Counted from the stretch's first letter, positions 52,976 to 62,287 are shown. The stretch: 64,000 nucleotides of DNA from Dehalococcoidia bacterium (GCA_963665735.1 OY762444.1:3334673-3398672), one strand, 5' to 3'. Program-made: numbers and translations. The notes: a model not told the origin generated them from the letters alone.

Positions 52976-53305
52976 ATGATGGTGTCCCAAGAAGAAAAAA
53001 CGGAAATGGCGCAGATGCTCAAGGATGCGCTGGTTGAGCGGTTTCAGGACGACTTCGTTTTTGACCCTATCTCCGTTGTGCAAAGGATTGACCATTACGG
53101 GGATCCCTACCTCCATGCGGCCATCGTTTTCGTCGGGAACCAGGAACTGCTGGACCCCGGTTTTACCGCCACCTTGGGAAAGGTAGTGACCTCGAAGTTG
53201 ACGGAGTTAGGCATACAAAACCCGATGGTCACTTCGTTCATTGACAAGCCTTCCTGGAACCGCCGGAAAAAGCTCCGCGATTATTACCTCCATGACACCA
53301 TTTAA
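52976..53305 (+). CDS. Hypothetical 109-aa protein, upstream partner of the HEPN gene
   Basis: GAGGGAA lies before ATG 52976. The protein starts MMVSQEEKTEMAQMLKDALVERFQDDFVFDPISVVQRIDHYGDPYLHAAIVFVG... It has no G-S/DxD nucleotidyltransferase signature. About 47-53% GC. Confidence 0.55.
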   Translation: MMVSQEEKTEMAQMLKDALVERFQDDFVFDPISVVQRIDHYGDPYLHAAIVFVGNQELLDPGFTATLGKVVTSKLTELGIQNPMVTSFIDKPSWNRRKKLRDYYLHDTI

Positions 53306-53768
53306 CTTCGTCGTTACCGCCCGGAGGCTGGCGGAGCAGCCCGGGCGGGGACGGCCTTTGGAAACCGACCTACGGCGGGCCATCAGCACGGCGTACTACG
53401 CGTTATTTCACTGTCTGGCACGGTCTTGCGCCGACCTGCTGGTGGGCGGCCCAGGCTCTGCCAGGGACTTGGCAGCCTGGACCCGGGTTTACCGGGCGTT
53501 GCAGCATGGAACCGTCCGACAACGGTGCAACAACCTTTCCAGGATGCAGGACTTTCCGGTTCAGATTCAGGACTTCGGCGGAGTTTTCATCCAAATGCAG
53601 CTTCAACGCCACGATGCAGACTATAACCCTGATGCGGAATTTACCCGGCAACAGGTCATAACGAACATCAACGAGGTGGAGAATGCGATAAACGGATTTG
53701 CCCGCGCTCCCGTTAAAGACCGCCGGGCCTTTGCCGTTTACGTCCTGATGGACAGCCGGCGGGCATGA
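53292..53768 (+). CDS. HEPN-domain protein (UPF0332-like)
   Basis: 158 aa containing DLRRAISTAYYALFHCLARSCADLLVG and QLQRHDADYNPDAEFTRQQVITNINEVENAINGF. These match the HEPN helix-1 (sRAYYA.FH) and R-x-x-a-D-Y helix-3 patterns. It overlaps the upstream gene by 14 nt. Confidence 0.65.
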   Translation: MTPFNFVVTARRLAEQPGRGRPLETDLRRAISTAYYALFHCLARSCADLLVGGPGSARDLAAWTRVYRALQHGTVRQRCNNLSRMQDFPVQIQDFGGVFIQMQLQRHDADYNPDAEFTRQQVITNINEVENAINGFARAPVKDRRAFAVYVLMDSRRA

Positions 53769-53794
53769 CCGGGTAGTGCGGCATCCCCAACGCC

Positions 53795-54424
53795 ATGCTT
53801 AACGTCGTCCTGCTTTCCGTCCACATCGCCGCCGGCACCATCGCCTTGTTGACCGCCGCCTTCGCCCTGTCCACCGCCAAGGGCGGCGCCAACCACGTCC
53901 GGGCCGGCCGGGTTTACGCCATGGCCATGACCGCCGTATTCATCACCGCCGTCCCCCTGGCTCTTCTGGGGGCCGACATTTTCCTGCTGTTCATCGCCTT
54001 CTTCAGTTTCTACATGGTCTTCGCCGGCTGGCGTTTCGCCCGCAACCGCCACGGACACCCTCGCGTGGCGGACTGGGCCGCCGTTGCAATAATGGCCCTG
54101 ACCGGCCTGGGAATGGAAGCCTTCGCCGTCATCCTGGCCCTCAATGGCGACGACCAATGGGTAACGCTGGTCATATTCGGGTTTATCGCCTTCGGGCTGG
54201 CCCTGGCCGACGCTATCTACTACCGGAACCTTCCCGCCAACTACGTCCGGCGCATTTCCCGGCACCTGACCAACATGATGGCCGGCACCATCGCCACCGT
54301 CACCGCCGTTTTGGTGGTCAACGTGGCAACCAACCCGGCGTGGATTGCCTGGATTCTGCCTACCGTGGTCATTACCCCGCTGATTGTCTGGTGGAACTTT
54401 CGGGTTGCCCGCCGGGGCCGGTAA
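53795..54424 (+). CDS. Polytopic membrane protein of unknown function
   Basis: 209 aa with about 5-6 TM helices. GC is typical of the core genome. Confidence 0.6.
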   Translation: MLNVVLLSVHIAAGTIALLTAAFALSTAKGGANHVRAGRVYAMAMTAVFITAVPLALLGADIFLLFIAFFSFYMVFAGWRFARNRHGHPRVADWAAVAIMALTGLGMEAFAVILALNGDDQWVTLVIFGFIAFGLALADAIYYRNLPANYVRRISRHLTNMMAGTIATVTAVLVVNVATNPAWIAWILPTVVITPLIVWWNFRVARRGR

Positions 54425-54498
54425 CCGCCGATTCCCGCCCACCGGCCTCTATATCCCGGCGAATCAAGACCCGATTGCCGTACCAACCGCCGATTCCC

Positions 54499-54528
54499 TT
54501 GTTATGGCCCGGTTGCGGGGACTATAAT
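54499..54528 (+). promoter_or_regulatory. Promoter-like TTGTTA-18 nt-TATAAT upstream of the malic enzyme gene
   Basis: Sequence is ccTTGTTAtggcccggttgcggggacTATAATctg. It leaves a leader of about 130 nt before GTG 54661. Confidence 0.45.
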
Positions 54529-54660
54529 CTGCGGCATTATGGCAAGCCCGCCCGCGCCAATTGTCACCGGCCGGCGGAGCCGCCCAATTTAACCCTGCGT
54601 TGGGTTCGGCCAGGATTCACCGGAGGAAATCCCCCGGCAGCGCGTTAAAGGAGTTCAAGA

Positions 54661-55824
54661 GTGGAAATGGACTACGGAGTTGAAGCCATCAACCGCCACC
54701 GGGCCAGTCGGGGCAAGGTCAGCATCGCCTCCAAGATGAGGGTCGAAACGATGGAAGAGTTATCCATTGCCTACACCCCGGGCGTGGCTGCCGTCAGCAT
54801 GGCGATTTACGAGGACAAGTCCGAGTCTTACGCCCTGACCAACCGGGGCAACAACGTGGCTGTCGTAACCGACGGTTCCGCCGTTCTCGGCCTGGGCAAC
54901 GTCGGCCCCGAAGCCGCCATGGCCGTCATGGAGGGCAAGTGCATCCTGTTCAAGGGCTTGGCCGACATTGATGCCTTTCCCATCTGCCTTGCCACCCAGG
55001 ACAACGACGCCATTATCCAGACTGTCCGGAACATCGCTCCCACCTTCGGCGGGGTCAACCTGGAGGACATATCCGCGCCCCGTTGTTTCGAGATTGAGTC
55101 CCAACTTCAGGACTTGGGCATTCCGGTGTTCCACGACGACCAGCACGGCACTGCCATTGTTGTGCTGGCCTCCATCATCAACGCCCTCAACGTAGTCAAC
55201 AAGCGCATCGCCGACGTGAAGATTGTGTTCGCCGGGGCCGGCGCCGGCAGCATCGCCTCGGCCCAACTCCTCGTCGAATACGGCGCCAAAAACATTATCC
55301 TGGTGGACAGCCAGGGCATCGTCAGCCGCGACCGCACCGACCTGAACGACATGAAAACTCAAATGTTGGACATTACCAACCCCGACAATGTTTCCGGCGG
55401 TCTGGGCGACGCCATGCAGTTGGCCGACGTATTCGTGGGCCTTTCCACCGGCGGCATCGTCTCCCAGGACATGGTGCGTTCCATGTCCCCCGGGGCCGCC
55501 GTGTTCGCCGCCGCCAACCCCACGCCGGAAATCATGCCCGACCTGGCCAAAGAAGCCGGCGCGGCGGTGGTAGGCACCGGACGCAGCGACTTCCCCAACC
55601 AGATTAACAACAGCCTGGCCTTCCCCGGCGTTTTCCGCGGCGCCCTGGACGCCCGCGCCCCCCGCATTACTAACCGTATGAAAATCGCTGGCGCCGAGGC
55701 CCTGGCCGGCTTGGTCGTTGAACCCACCGCCGAGCGCATAATCCCCTGGTCCTTGGACAAGGACGTGGTTCCCGCGGTGTCCCGCGCCGTAGCCAACGCC
55801 TGGCAATCGGAACAAGCCCAGTAG
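54661..55824 (+). CDS. NAD(P)-dependent malic enzyme (short form)
   Basis: Contains LSIAYTPGVA, VVTDGSAVLGLGNVGPEA, FGGVNLEDI and FHDDQHGTA. Confidence 0.92.
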   Translation: MEMDYGVEAINRHRASRGKVSIASKMRVETMEELSIAYTPGVAAVSMAIYEDKSESYALTNRGNNVAVVTDGSAVLGLGNVGPEAAMAVMEGKCILFKGLADIDAFPICLATQDNDAIIQTVRNIAPTFGGVNLEDISAPRCFEIESQLQDLGIPVFHDDQHGTAIVVLASIINALNVVNKRIADVKIVFAGAGAGSIASAQLLVEYGAKNIILVDSQGIVSRDRTDLNDMKTQMLDITNPDNVSGGLGDAMQLADVFVGLSTGGIVSQDMVRSMSPGAAVFAAANPTPEIMPDLAKEAGAAVVGTGRSDFPNQINNSLAFPGVFRGALDARAPRITNRMKIAGAEALAGLVVEPTAERIIPWSLDKDVVPAVSRAVANAWQSEQAQ

Positions 55825-55839
55825 CAACGTAACAGAGTC

Positions 55840-56067
55840 ATGTCGCCGCCAGTCATAGCTTACCTCGCCGTTGGCGCCTTGAACGGGGTAATCATGCTTG
55901 CCCTTATAATCCGCATTGAAATCCAGATACGCCGGCATGACAAACGGTTTGGGCGGTATGGGGAGGACGGTTCCGGGTTGCCGGAATTATTCGCAATTGT
56001 TGCAATGGTCTTCGGGTTGGCCGCTCTTGTGCTAAGCATGACCTCCCAGACTGCACCGACGCACTGA
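55840..56067 (+). CDS. Small two-TM membrane protein
   Basis: 75 aa with two hydrophobic helices flanking RRHDKRFGRYGEDG. Confidence 0.4.
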   Translation: MSPPVIAYLAVGALNGVIMLALIIRIEIQIRRHDKRFGRYGEDGSGLPELFAIVAMVFGLAALVLSMTSQTAPTH

Positions 56068-56148
56068 CCGGTTGGAAAACGGCATGGACTGCATGGACCA
56101 GCAATTTGGGAATCGCTTGATGGCCTTGGATGAAAGTAGGACGGTTTA

Positions 56149-56622
56149 ATGTCACCGGATACAATTGCTATCGTCGTAGTGGGAATTGGGCTGGCTAGTT
56201 TAATGCTAAGCATTACTTTCTGGTTGAATCGCCGCATTGACCGGTTGGAAAACCGGATGGACCGCATGGACGAGCGGTGGGAACAACGCCTGACCGCCTT
56301 GGACGAAAAGTGGGAACGGCGTTTCATAGCCTCCGACGAGCGGTGGGAACAGCGCTTGACCGCCTTGGATGAGAAGTGGGAACAGCGCTTGACCGCCTTG
56401 GATGAGAAGTGGGAACAGCGCTTGACCGCCTTGGATGAAAAGTGGGAACAGCGTTTCAACGCCTCGGATGCGCGATGGGAACGGCGTTTTAACGCTTTGG
56501 AAGCCAGGGTTCAACGGTTGGAAGAGGGCCAGGCCCGGCTGGAACAGGGCCAGGCCAGGATGGAAGGGGAGCTTGCCCTGTTGCGGGAATTCTTCGTAGC
56601 CCGCGCGACAGGTCAAGACTAA
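56149..56622 (+). CDS. N-terminally membrane-anchored protein with seven 11-residue repeats (DEKWEQRLTAL type) and the shared EQGQA...GEL..L.EFFV.R tail
   Basis: 157 aa. TM segment is IAIVVVGIGLASLMLSITFWL. The C-terminus is homologous to the 22313 and 22652 proteins. Confidence 0.65.
   Translation: MSPDTIAIVVVGIGLASLMLSITFWLNRRIDRLENRMDRMDERWEQRLTALDEKWERRFIASDERWEQRLTALDEKWEQRLTALDEKWEQRLTALDEKWEQRFNASDARWERRFNALEARVQRLEEGQARLEQGQARMEGELALLREFFVARATGQD
56338..56469 (+). repeat. Four tandem 33-nt coding repeats, two of them identical
   Basis: Units 56371-56403 and 56404-56436 are both gagaagtgggaacagcgcttgaccgccttggat. The flanking units differ at a few positions. Confidence 0.9.
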
Positions 56623-56643
56623 ACTGCGAGAGGCGGTACAATC

Positions 56644-57090
56644 ATGCAAGCCCGCGATTTGATGAGCGCCAACGTCCGCACCGTTTCCGCCGACGCCACC
56701 GTCGGCGACGCAGCCCGGATGATGCTGGAACACAACGTAAGCTGTCTCCCCGTGGTCAACCAGGACGACCGATTGGTGGGAATCTTGACCCACGCCGATT
56801 TCGGTCTGTCGCCCCGGTTCCTGCCCCTGGCCGACAACATCTACTCCATCATGGGAAACACCACCACGCCCCAGCATTTCGCCGAAGTCGCCCGAAGAGT
56901 CAGCAGCAAGCTGGTCAAAGACGTAATGCACCACCCGGTCACAACCGTACAAGAGGACACTCCCACAGTGGAAGTAGTCGGCTTGATGCTGCGACGGGAA
57001 ATCCACCGTATGCCCGTCATGCAGGGCGACCGTTTGGTCGGCATCATCACCCGCCACGACCTCCTCAAATTCTTTTTCGACCAATCCTGA
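56644..57090 (+). CDS. CBS-domain pair protein
   Basis: 148 aa with two CBS motifs (ARDLMSANVRTV...CLPVV and VKDVMHHPVTTV...RMPVM). Confidence 0.85.
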   Translation: MQARDLMSANVRTVSADATVGDAARMMLEHNVSCLPVVNQDDRLVGILTHADFGLSPRFLPLADNIYSIMGNTTTPQHFAEVARRVSSKLVKDVMHHPVTTVQEDTPTVEVVGLMLRREIHRMPVMQGDRLVGIITRHDLLKFFFDQS

Positions 57091-57206
57091 CCCTCAACCG
57101 GGCCTATCTTCGCCTTTGCCCATCCTCTTTCCGTCGCCGCCATGACGCCATCAGAACTCCCCCGCTATACCCGCCCCAACCAACATCATCAAGCAAGGAA
57201 ACCGCT

Positions 57207-58010
57207 ATGGCCGCAGAACAGGTAAGGCTCACCCGCAAGGACGCCCTGGCCGTCATCACCCTGAACCGTCCCGAGGCCCGCAACGCTCTGTCCCCGGCCA
57301 TGATTTCCGACCTCGGCGACGCTCTGCAAACTTGCCAAAGCTCCGAAGTCCGCGCCGTGATGATTACCGGCTCCGGCGGCGCTTTCTGCTCCGGCGCCGA
57401 CGTAAAGGACTTCCTCGGCCAACAGGAATCCGGCGGCCCCGAGGAGCTATCCGAACATCTTCGCACACTGGCCGGCGAGCTGCACGAAAGGGTAATCGCC
57501 GCCCTGCGCCGGCTGGAAAAACCCGTCGTGGCCGCGGTCAACGGCGTCGCCGCCGGAGCCGGGTTCAGCCTGGCCCTGGCCTGCGATCTGCGCCTCGCCG
57601 CCCACGACGCCCGCTTTCTCATGGCCTATGGCAACATCGGCTGCACCGCCGACGGCGGCTCCACCTATATGCTCCCCCGGCTGGTGGGCGTCAGCAAAGC
57701 GATGGAACTCTACACCGCCAGCCAGCCCATCAGCGCCGAATACGCCCGTGAACTGGGCTTGGTCAACCAGGTTATTCCCGCCGAAAACTTCCCCCGCCAT
57801 TCCCTGGAAACCGCCGCCCGGCTGGCCCAAGGCCCCACCGCCGCCTATGGCCGGGTCAAGGCACTGTTCAACCAGTCCTGGGACAACGGGCTGGAATCCC
57901 AACTGGAGGCCGAGACCGAGGCCATTAGCCAAATCGCCTTGACCCGCGACTTCCAGGAAGGCATCCGCGCCTTCTCCCAGAAACGCCAACCCTGGTTCCA
58001 GGGCCACTAG
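57207..58010 (+). CDS. Enoyl-CoA hydratase/isomerase (crotonase) family protein
   Basis: Contains ITLNRPEARNAL, ITGSGGAFCSGADV and AAVNGVAAGAGFSLALACDL. Confidence 0.9.
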   Translation: MAAEQVRLTRKDALAVITLNRPEARNALSPAMISDLGDALQTCQSSEVRAVMITGSGGAFCSGADVKDFLGQQESGGPEELSEHLRTLAGELHERVIAALRRLEKPVVAAVNGVAAGAGFSLALACDLRLAAHDARFLMAYGNIGCTADGGSTYMLPRLVGVSKAMELYTASQPISAEYARELGLVNQVIPAENFPRHSLETAARLAQGPTAAYGRVKALFNQSWDNGLESQLEAETEAISQIALTRDFQEGIRAFSQKRQPWFQGH

Positions 58011-58053
58011 TTGCCGCCGCCAATTTCATTGGCTGTCATCCCCCGCATCACCA

Positions 58054-58145
58054 CCGTTATTCCCGCGAAAGCCGGAATCCAGGAATCCTTGCTGGGCCGA
58101 CCGGCAGCCAAAAATCGGGACGACGCGGCGAACCTGCCGTCATAC
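58054..58145. repeat. Family-A element (one good TIR, degenerate far end)
   Basis: Sequence is ccgttattcccgcgaaagccggaatccaggaatccttgctg... ORF 58011 carries the peptide VIPAKAGIQ. Confidence 0.65.
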
Positions 58146-58160
58146 AGATGCCAACCCGCC

Positions 58161-60074
58161 CTATTCCACCGTCACCGACTTGGCCAGATTGCGCGGCTGG
58201 TCAACGTCGCAGCCCCGTTGCAGGGCAATGTGGTAGGCCAGCAATTGCAGCGGCACCGTCGCCAGCATCGGAACCAGGTGGTCGGGGGCCGGCGGAATGT
58301 AAAGCACCTCGTCCACTTCTCCCGCCAACTCGCCGTCTCCGTCGGTGCCAACCCCGATAACCACCCCGTCCCTGGCCTTTACTTCCTTCACGTTGCCCAG
58401 CATCTTGTCGAAAAGCGAGTCCCGCGGCGCCAACGCCAGCGTCGCCATTTCCGGGTCAATCAACGCAATCGGCCCGTGTTTCATCTCCCCCGCCGGGTAC
58501 CCCTCGGCGTGGATATAGCTGATTTCCTTCAACTTCAGCGCGCCCTCGGCGGCGATGGGGGCGTTAATCCCCCGCCCCAGAAACAGGACGCTCTTCCTCT
58601 TGGTGAACCGCCGCGCCAACTGCCGGTATGGGCTTACATCGGCCAGCATTTCGCCAATCAACCCCGAACACCGGGCCAGGTCATCCACCAGCCGCCGGGT
58701 GTCCTCCCCGGAAAGCGTTCCCCGAACCTGACCCAGGTAAACGGCCAGCAGGTTCAGAATGGTCAAAGACGCTATGAAAGTCTTGGTGCTGGCAACCCCC
58801 ACTTCCAGCCCGCACCGCATATAAAGGGTGGCGTCGGCCAGGCGGGTGGTCTGGCTCCCCTCCACGTTGCAGATTGTTACCAGCCGCCCCCCCTGCGCCT
58901 TGATTTCCTGCATCGCCGCCACCGTGTCGGCGGTTTCCCCCGATTGCGCCACCGAAATGTAAAGCGTATCCCGGTCAACCACCGGCGCCATCCCCGGCGA
59001 ACCCCACGGCGCGGCCCGATAGCGAAACTCCGACGCGCTTTCCGCCTCCGCCGGCAGCCCGGCCAACCGCTCGACCAAGTGACGCCCCACCTGGGCGGCG
59101 TGCAGGCTGGTGCCGCACCCAACCAGCATCACCCGCCGCAGCGCCTTGACTTCGGCCTCGGACATCCCCAACTCCGGGAATAACGCCCGGCCCCGGTCAA
59201 AGTCCACACGACCCCGCAATGCCCCGGCCACCGCCTGCGGCTGCTCCATGATTTCCTTCAACATGAAGTGGCGGTAGCCCCCCTTGTCTATCACCAGTTC
59301 CTCCGGGGTTATCCGGTGCAGCCGCTTGTCCAGCGGCCCGCCTTCCAGGTCCAGGTAGGTAACTCCCTCCGGCGTAGCGACGGCCATTTCCCCGGATTCC
59401 AGGAACGCCACGTCTCCCCCGCCGCAGGCCGGCCGGAAAAGCGGCATCATGGCCGGCAAATCGCTGGCGATGATGCACTGACCATCCCGGTGGCCCACCA
59501 CTACCCCGCCAGCGTGTCCCAACCTCAGGGCGCAAATTTTCGATGCGTCTCCCTTCACCATCGCCGCTACCGCGTGAGACCCTTTAACCAACCGCCCCAT
59601 CCGACGGCACGAATCTTCCAGCGTTGCGCCGTGGGAAAGACCCTCTTCAATCAGATGGGCGATAACTTCAGTGTCCGTCTCGGAAGTGAACTGGTGCCCC
59701 TTGCGTTGCAGACGGTCTTTCAACTCCAGAAAATTCTCCACAATCCCGTTGTGGACAATGGCAACCTCTTCCCGGCACTCGGTATGGGGGTGGCAATTGG
59801 CGATGGACGGTTTGCCGTGGGTAGCCCAACGGGTATGCCCCAACCCGGCGAACCCGGCGGGAAAACCCCCGGCATGAGGACAAGCGCCGTTTCCCCCGGC
59901 GGCGTGGGCCAGCCCGTCCACGTTCCCAACCGTCTTGCGGAATTGCAGGTCGCCGGAACCGTCGTTGATGGCGATTCCCGCGCTGTCGTATCCCCGGTAC
60001 TCCAGGCTTTCCAGCCCCTTGAAAATGATGGGCCAGGCGGGTTGATTCCCCACGTAACCGACTATGCCGCACAT
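58161..60074 (-). CDS. glmS: Glutamine--fructose-6-phosphate aminotransferase (isomerizing)
   Basis: The start is fixed by the catalytic N-terminus MCGIVGYVG at 60074. It has two SIS domains and ends ...NLAKSVTVE. Confidence 0.93.
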   Translation of the reverse strand: MCGIVGYVGNQPAWPIIFKGLESLEYRGYDSAGIAINDGSGDLQFRKTVGNVDGLAHAAGGNGACPHAGGFPAGFAGLGHTRWATHGKPSIANCHPHTECREEVAIVHNGIVENFLELKDRLQRKGHQFTSETDTEVIAHLIEEGLSHGATLEDSCRRMGRLVKGSHAVAAMVKGDASKICALRLGHAGGVVVGHRDGQCIIASDLPAMMPLFRPACGGGDVAFLESGEMAVATPEGVTYLDLEGGPLDKRLHRITPEELVIDKGGYRHFMLKEIMEQPQAVAGALRGRVDFDRGRALFPELGMSEAEVKALRRVMLVGCGTSLHAAQVGRHLVERLAGLPAEAESASEFRYRAAPWGSPGMAPVVDRDTLYISVAQSGETADTVAAMQEIKAQGGRLVTICNVEGSQTTRLADATLYMRCGLEVGVASTKTFIASLTILNLLAVYLGQVRGTLSGEDTRRLVDDLARCSGLIGEMLADVSPYRQLARRFTKRKSVLFLGRGINAPIAAEGALKLKEISYIHAEGYPAGEMKHGPIALIDPEMATLALAPRDSLFDKMLGNVKEVKARDGVVIGVGTDGDGELAGEVDEVLYIPPAPDHLVPMLATVPLQLLAYHIALQRGCDVDQPRNLAKSVTVE

Positions 60075-60192
60075 TCCGTTCCTCTCAATTCCCGCGCATC
60101 CTTGGCGGACCAGGGCCACCGTTCCCCACCGAGTTTAAGACCCCCGCCCAATAATGTCCATTTCCCCGGCCCACCAACAGGACGATTGCAAA

Positions 60193-60220
60193 GTAGGGGC
60201 GCACGGCCGTGCGCCCCTAC
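60193..60220. repeat. Perfect 14-bp-arm palindrome GTAGGGGCGCACGG/CCGTGCGCCCCTAC (family C hairpin)
   Basis: Read directly. Confidence 0.8.
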
Positions 60221-60240
60221 CTACTCACTCTGTCCCCCCA

Positions 60241-60338
60241 CCGTCATTCCGGCGAAGGCCGGAATCCAGAATCCTCGACGCAGAACCACATTCATCAGGG
60301 CAAGGAATCCTGGATACCGGCGCAGGCCGGTATGACGA
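60241..60338. repeat. Complete family-A element
   Basis: Sequence is ccgtcattccggcgaaggccggaatccagaatcc...ggaatcctggataccggcgcaggccggtatgacg. Confidence 0.8.
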
Positions 60339-60394
60339 TTGTTAACCCCCCAACATCCCCAAGGTCTCTTAATTGTCCCCCTGAACGCCCCACT

Positions 60395-60489
60395 GTCACC
60401 CTGAACGAAGTGAAGGGTCTAAAATTCTACGGTTAAGACGACGATGGCCAAGGCAAGGATTTGAGATTCTTCGCTTTGCTCAGAATGAC
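60395..60489. repeat. Family-B element (orientation opposite to 50866 and 62787)
   Basis: Sequence is gtcaccctgaacgaagtgaagggtctaaaattc...ggatttgagattcttcgctttgctcagaatgac. Confidence 0.8.
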
Positions 60490-60504
60490 ATACTCAAGGT
60501 CGGG

Positions 60505-60533
60505 TTGAGCGCCAGCCCGCGCAAGGCTACAAT
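60505..60533 (+). promoter_or_regulatory. Promoter-like TTGAGC-17 nt-TACAAT upstream of the mutase gene
   Basis: Read directly. It lies about 70 nt upstream of TTG 60605, which is itself preceded by AGGAGA. Confidence 0.4.
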
Positions 60534-60604
60534 GGCACTGTCCCACCGGAACGGTAATCATCCCGGGCGGTAATCCCCCAACCCCCGGCGCGCAGGAGAC
60601 AGCC

Positions 60605-62287
60605 TTGGCTGACAGCAACCCCCCAAGCGAACAATCCCCCCTGCAACATTGGCGGGAAAATACCCTTGGCCCCGCCGTCCGCCGCTACCCGGAACGCCGC
60701 CAGCAGTTCCACACCGACAGCGGCATCGAAATCGAACCCGTTTACGGCCCGGAGCATACGCCCGCCGGCGACGCCGACTATCTGGCCGCCGTCGGTTTTC
60801 CCGGCCAATACCCCTACACCCGCGGCGTCCAGCCCAATATGTACCGGGGCCGCGTCTGGACCATGCGCCAGTATTCCGGCTACGCCACCGCCGAGGACAC
60901 CAACGCCCGGTTCCGCTACCTGCTGGAGCAGGGACAGACCGGCCTTTCCGTCGCCTTCGACCTGCCCACCCAAATCGGCTACGACTCCGACCACCCCTTT
61001 GCCCTGGGAGAAGTCGGCAAGGTGGGCGTTCCCGTCTGCACCCTAGAAGACATGGAAACCCTGCTGGCCGGCATCCCCCTGGATAAGGTCAGCACCTCCA
61101 TGACCATCAACGCCACCGCCTCCGTCCTGCTCTGCCTCTACATCGCCGCCGCCAAGCGTCAGGGCGTCTCCCCTGCCCAGCTTAGCGGCACCCTGCAAAA
61201 CGACATCCTCAAGGAATACATCGCCCGCGGCACCTACGCCTACCCGCCCCGTCCGTCCATGCGCCTGGTAGTGGACGTTTTCAAGTATTGCGCCGAAAAC
61301 GTCCCCCGCTGGAACAGCATCAGCATCAGCGGCTACCACATGAGAGAGGCCGGGGCTACCGCCGTTCAGGAACTGGCCTTCACCTTCGCCAACGCCATCG
61401 CCTACGTCCAAGCCGCCGTGGACGCCGGGCTGAACGTGGACGACTTCGCCCCCCGCATCTCGTTTTTCTTCGTATCCCAGAACAGCCTGTTGGAAGAAGT
61501 CGCCAAGTTCCGCGCCGCCCGCCGGATGTGGGCCGCCATTATGAAAGACCGTTTCGGCGCTGAAGACCCCCGCTCCATGATGCTGCGCTTCCACACCCAG
61601 ACCGCCGGCGTAACCCTGACCGCCCAGCAGCCGGACAACAACCTGATTCGCAGCGCCATCCAGGCCCTGGCCGCCGTCCTTGGCGGCACCCAGTCCCTCC
61701 ACGTCAACTCCCGCGATGAGGCATTGGGCTTGCCCACCGAAGAATCCGCCCAACTGTCGCTGCGTACCCAGCAGATAATCGCCCACGAAAGCGGCGTCGC
61801 CGACGTGGTTGACCCCCTGGGCGGTTCCTACTACGTGGAAAACCTGACCAACGAACTGGAAACCCGCGCCTTTGACTATATCCGCCGCATTGACGACTTG
61901 AGCGGAGCCGTCAACGCTATCGAGTCCGGTTTCCAGGTGGCCGAAATCGGCGAATCCGCCTACCGCCACCAGCGGGAAGTCGAAGACGGCGACCGGGTAA
62001 TCGTCGGCGTCAACCGCTACGTCACCGACAGCCCGCCCTTGCCCAACCTGCTGCGGGTGGACGCCGAAGCCGCCCAACGCCAGATTGAACGCCTTGAGCG
62101 CGTCCGCCGCGAGCGGGACGATTCCCAGGTAGCGACCGCCTTGGCCCGCTTGGAAGAGACCGCCCGCAGCGACGACAACACCGTCCCCGCCATTCTGGAA
62201 TGTGTCGAAAACTACTGCACCCTGGGCGAAATCTGCCAGGTCTTCCGCAACGTCTTCGGCGAACAAACCCAATTGCCCGACTTCTGA
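60605..62287 (+). CDS. Methylmalonyl-CoA mutase family, large (catalytic, N-terminal) subunit
   Basis: 560 aa containing [47 protein letters not shown] and [12 protein letters not shown]. There is no B12-binding domain in this ORF. Confidence 0.92.
   Translation: MADSNPPSEQSPLQHWRENTLGPAVRRYPERRQQFHTDSGIEIEPVYGPEHTPAGDADYLAAVGFPGQYPYTRGVQPNMYRGRVWTMRQYSGYATAEDTNARFRYLLEQGQTGLSVAFDLPTQIGYDSDHPFALGEVGKVGVPVCTLEDMETLLAGIPLDKVSTSMTINATASVLLCLYIAAAKRQGVSPAQLSGTLQNDILKEYIARGTYAYPPRPSMRLVVDVFKYCAENVPRWNSISISGYHMREAGATAVQELAFTFANAIAYVQAAVDAGLNVDDFAPRISFFFVSQNSLLEEVAKFRAARRMWAAIMKDRFGAEDPRSMMLRFHTQTAGVTLTAQQPDNNLIRSAIQALAAVLGGTQSLHVNSRDEALGLPTEESAQLSLRTQQIIAHESGVADVVDPLGGSYYVENLTNELETRAFDYIRRIDDLSGAVNAIESGFQVAEIGESAYRHQREVEDGDRVIVGVNRYVTDSPPLPNLLRVDAEAAQRQIERLERVRRERDDSQVATALARLEETARSDDNTVPAILECVENYCTLGEICQVFRNVFGEQTQLPDF

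Noticed and set aside
60075-60200. glmS ribozyme upstream of glmS
   Set aside because: The minus-strand leader shows none of the conserved glmS ribozyme core sequences I know, and is largely occupied by a family-C palindrome. There is no support from sequence.
60534-60604. Cobalamin riboswitch in front of the B12-dependent mutase
   Set aside because: The leader is only about 70 nt. It contains ggcactg, but the rest of the B12-box and the multi-stem architecture are missing. It is too short and too dissimilar.
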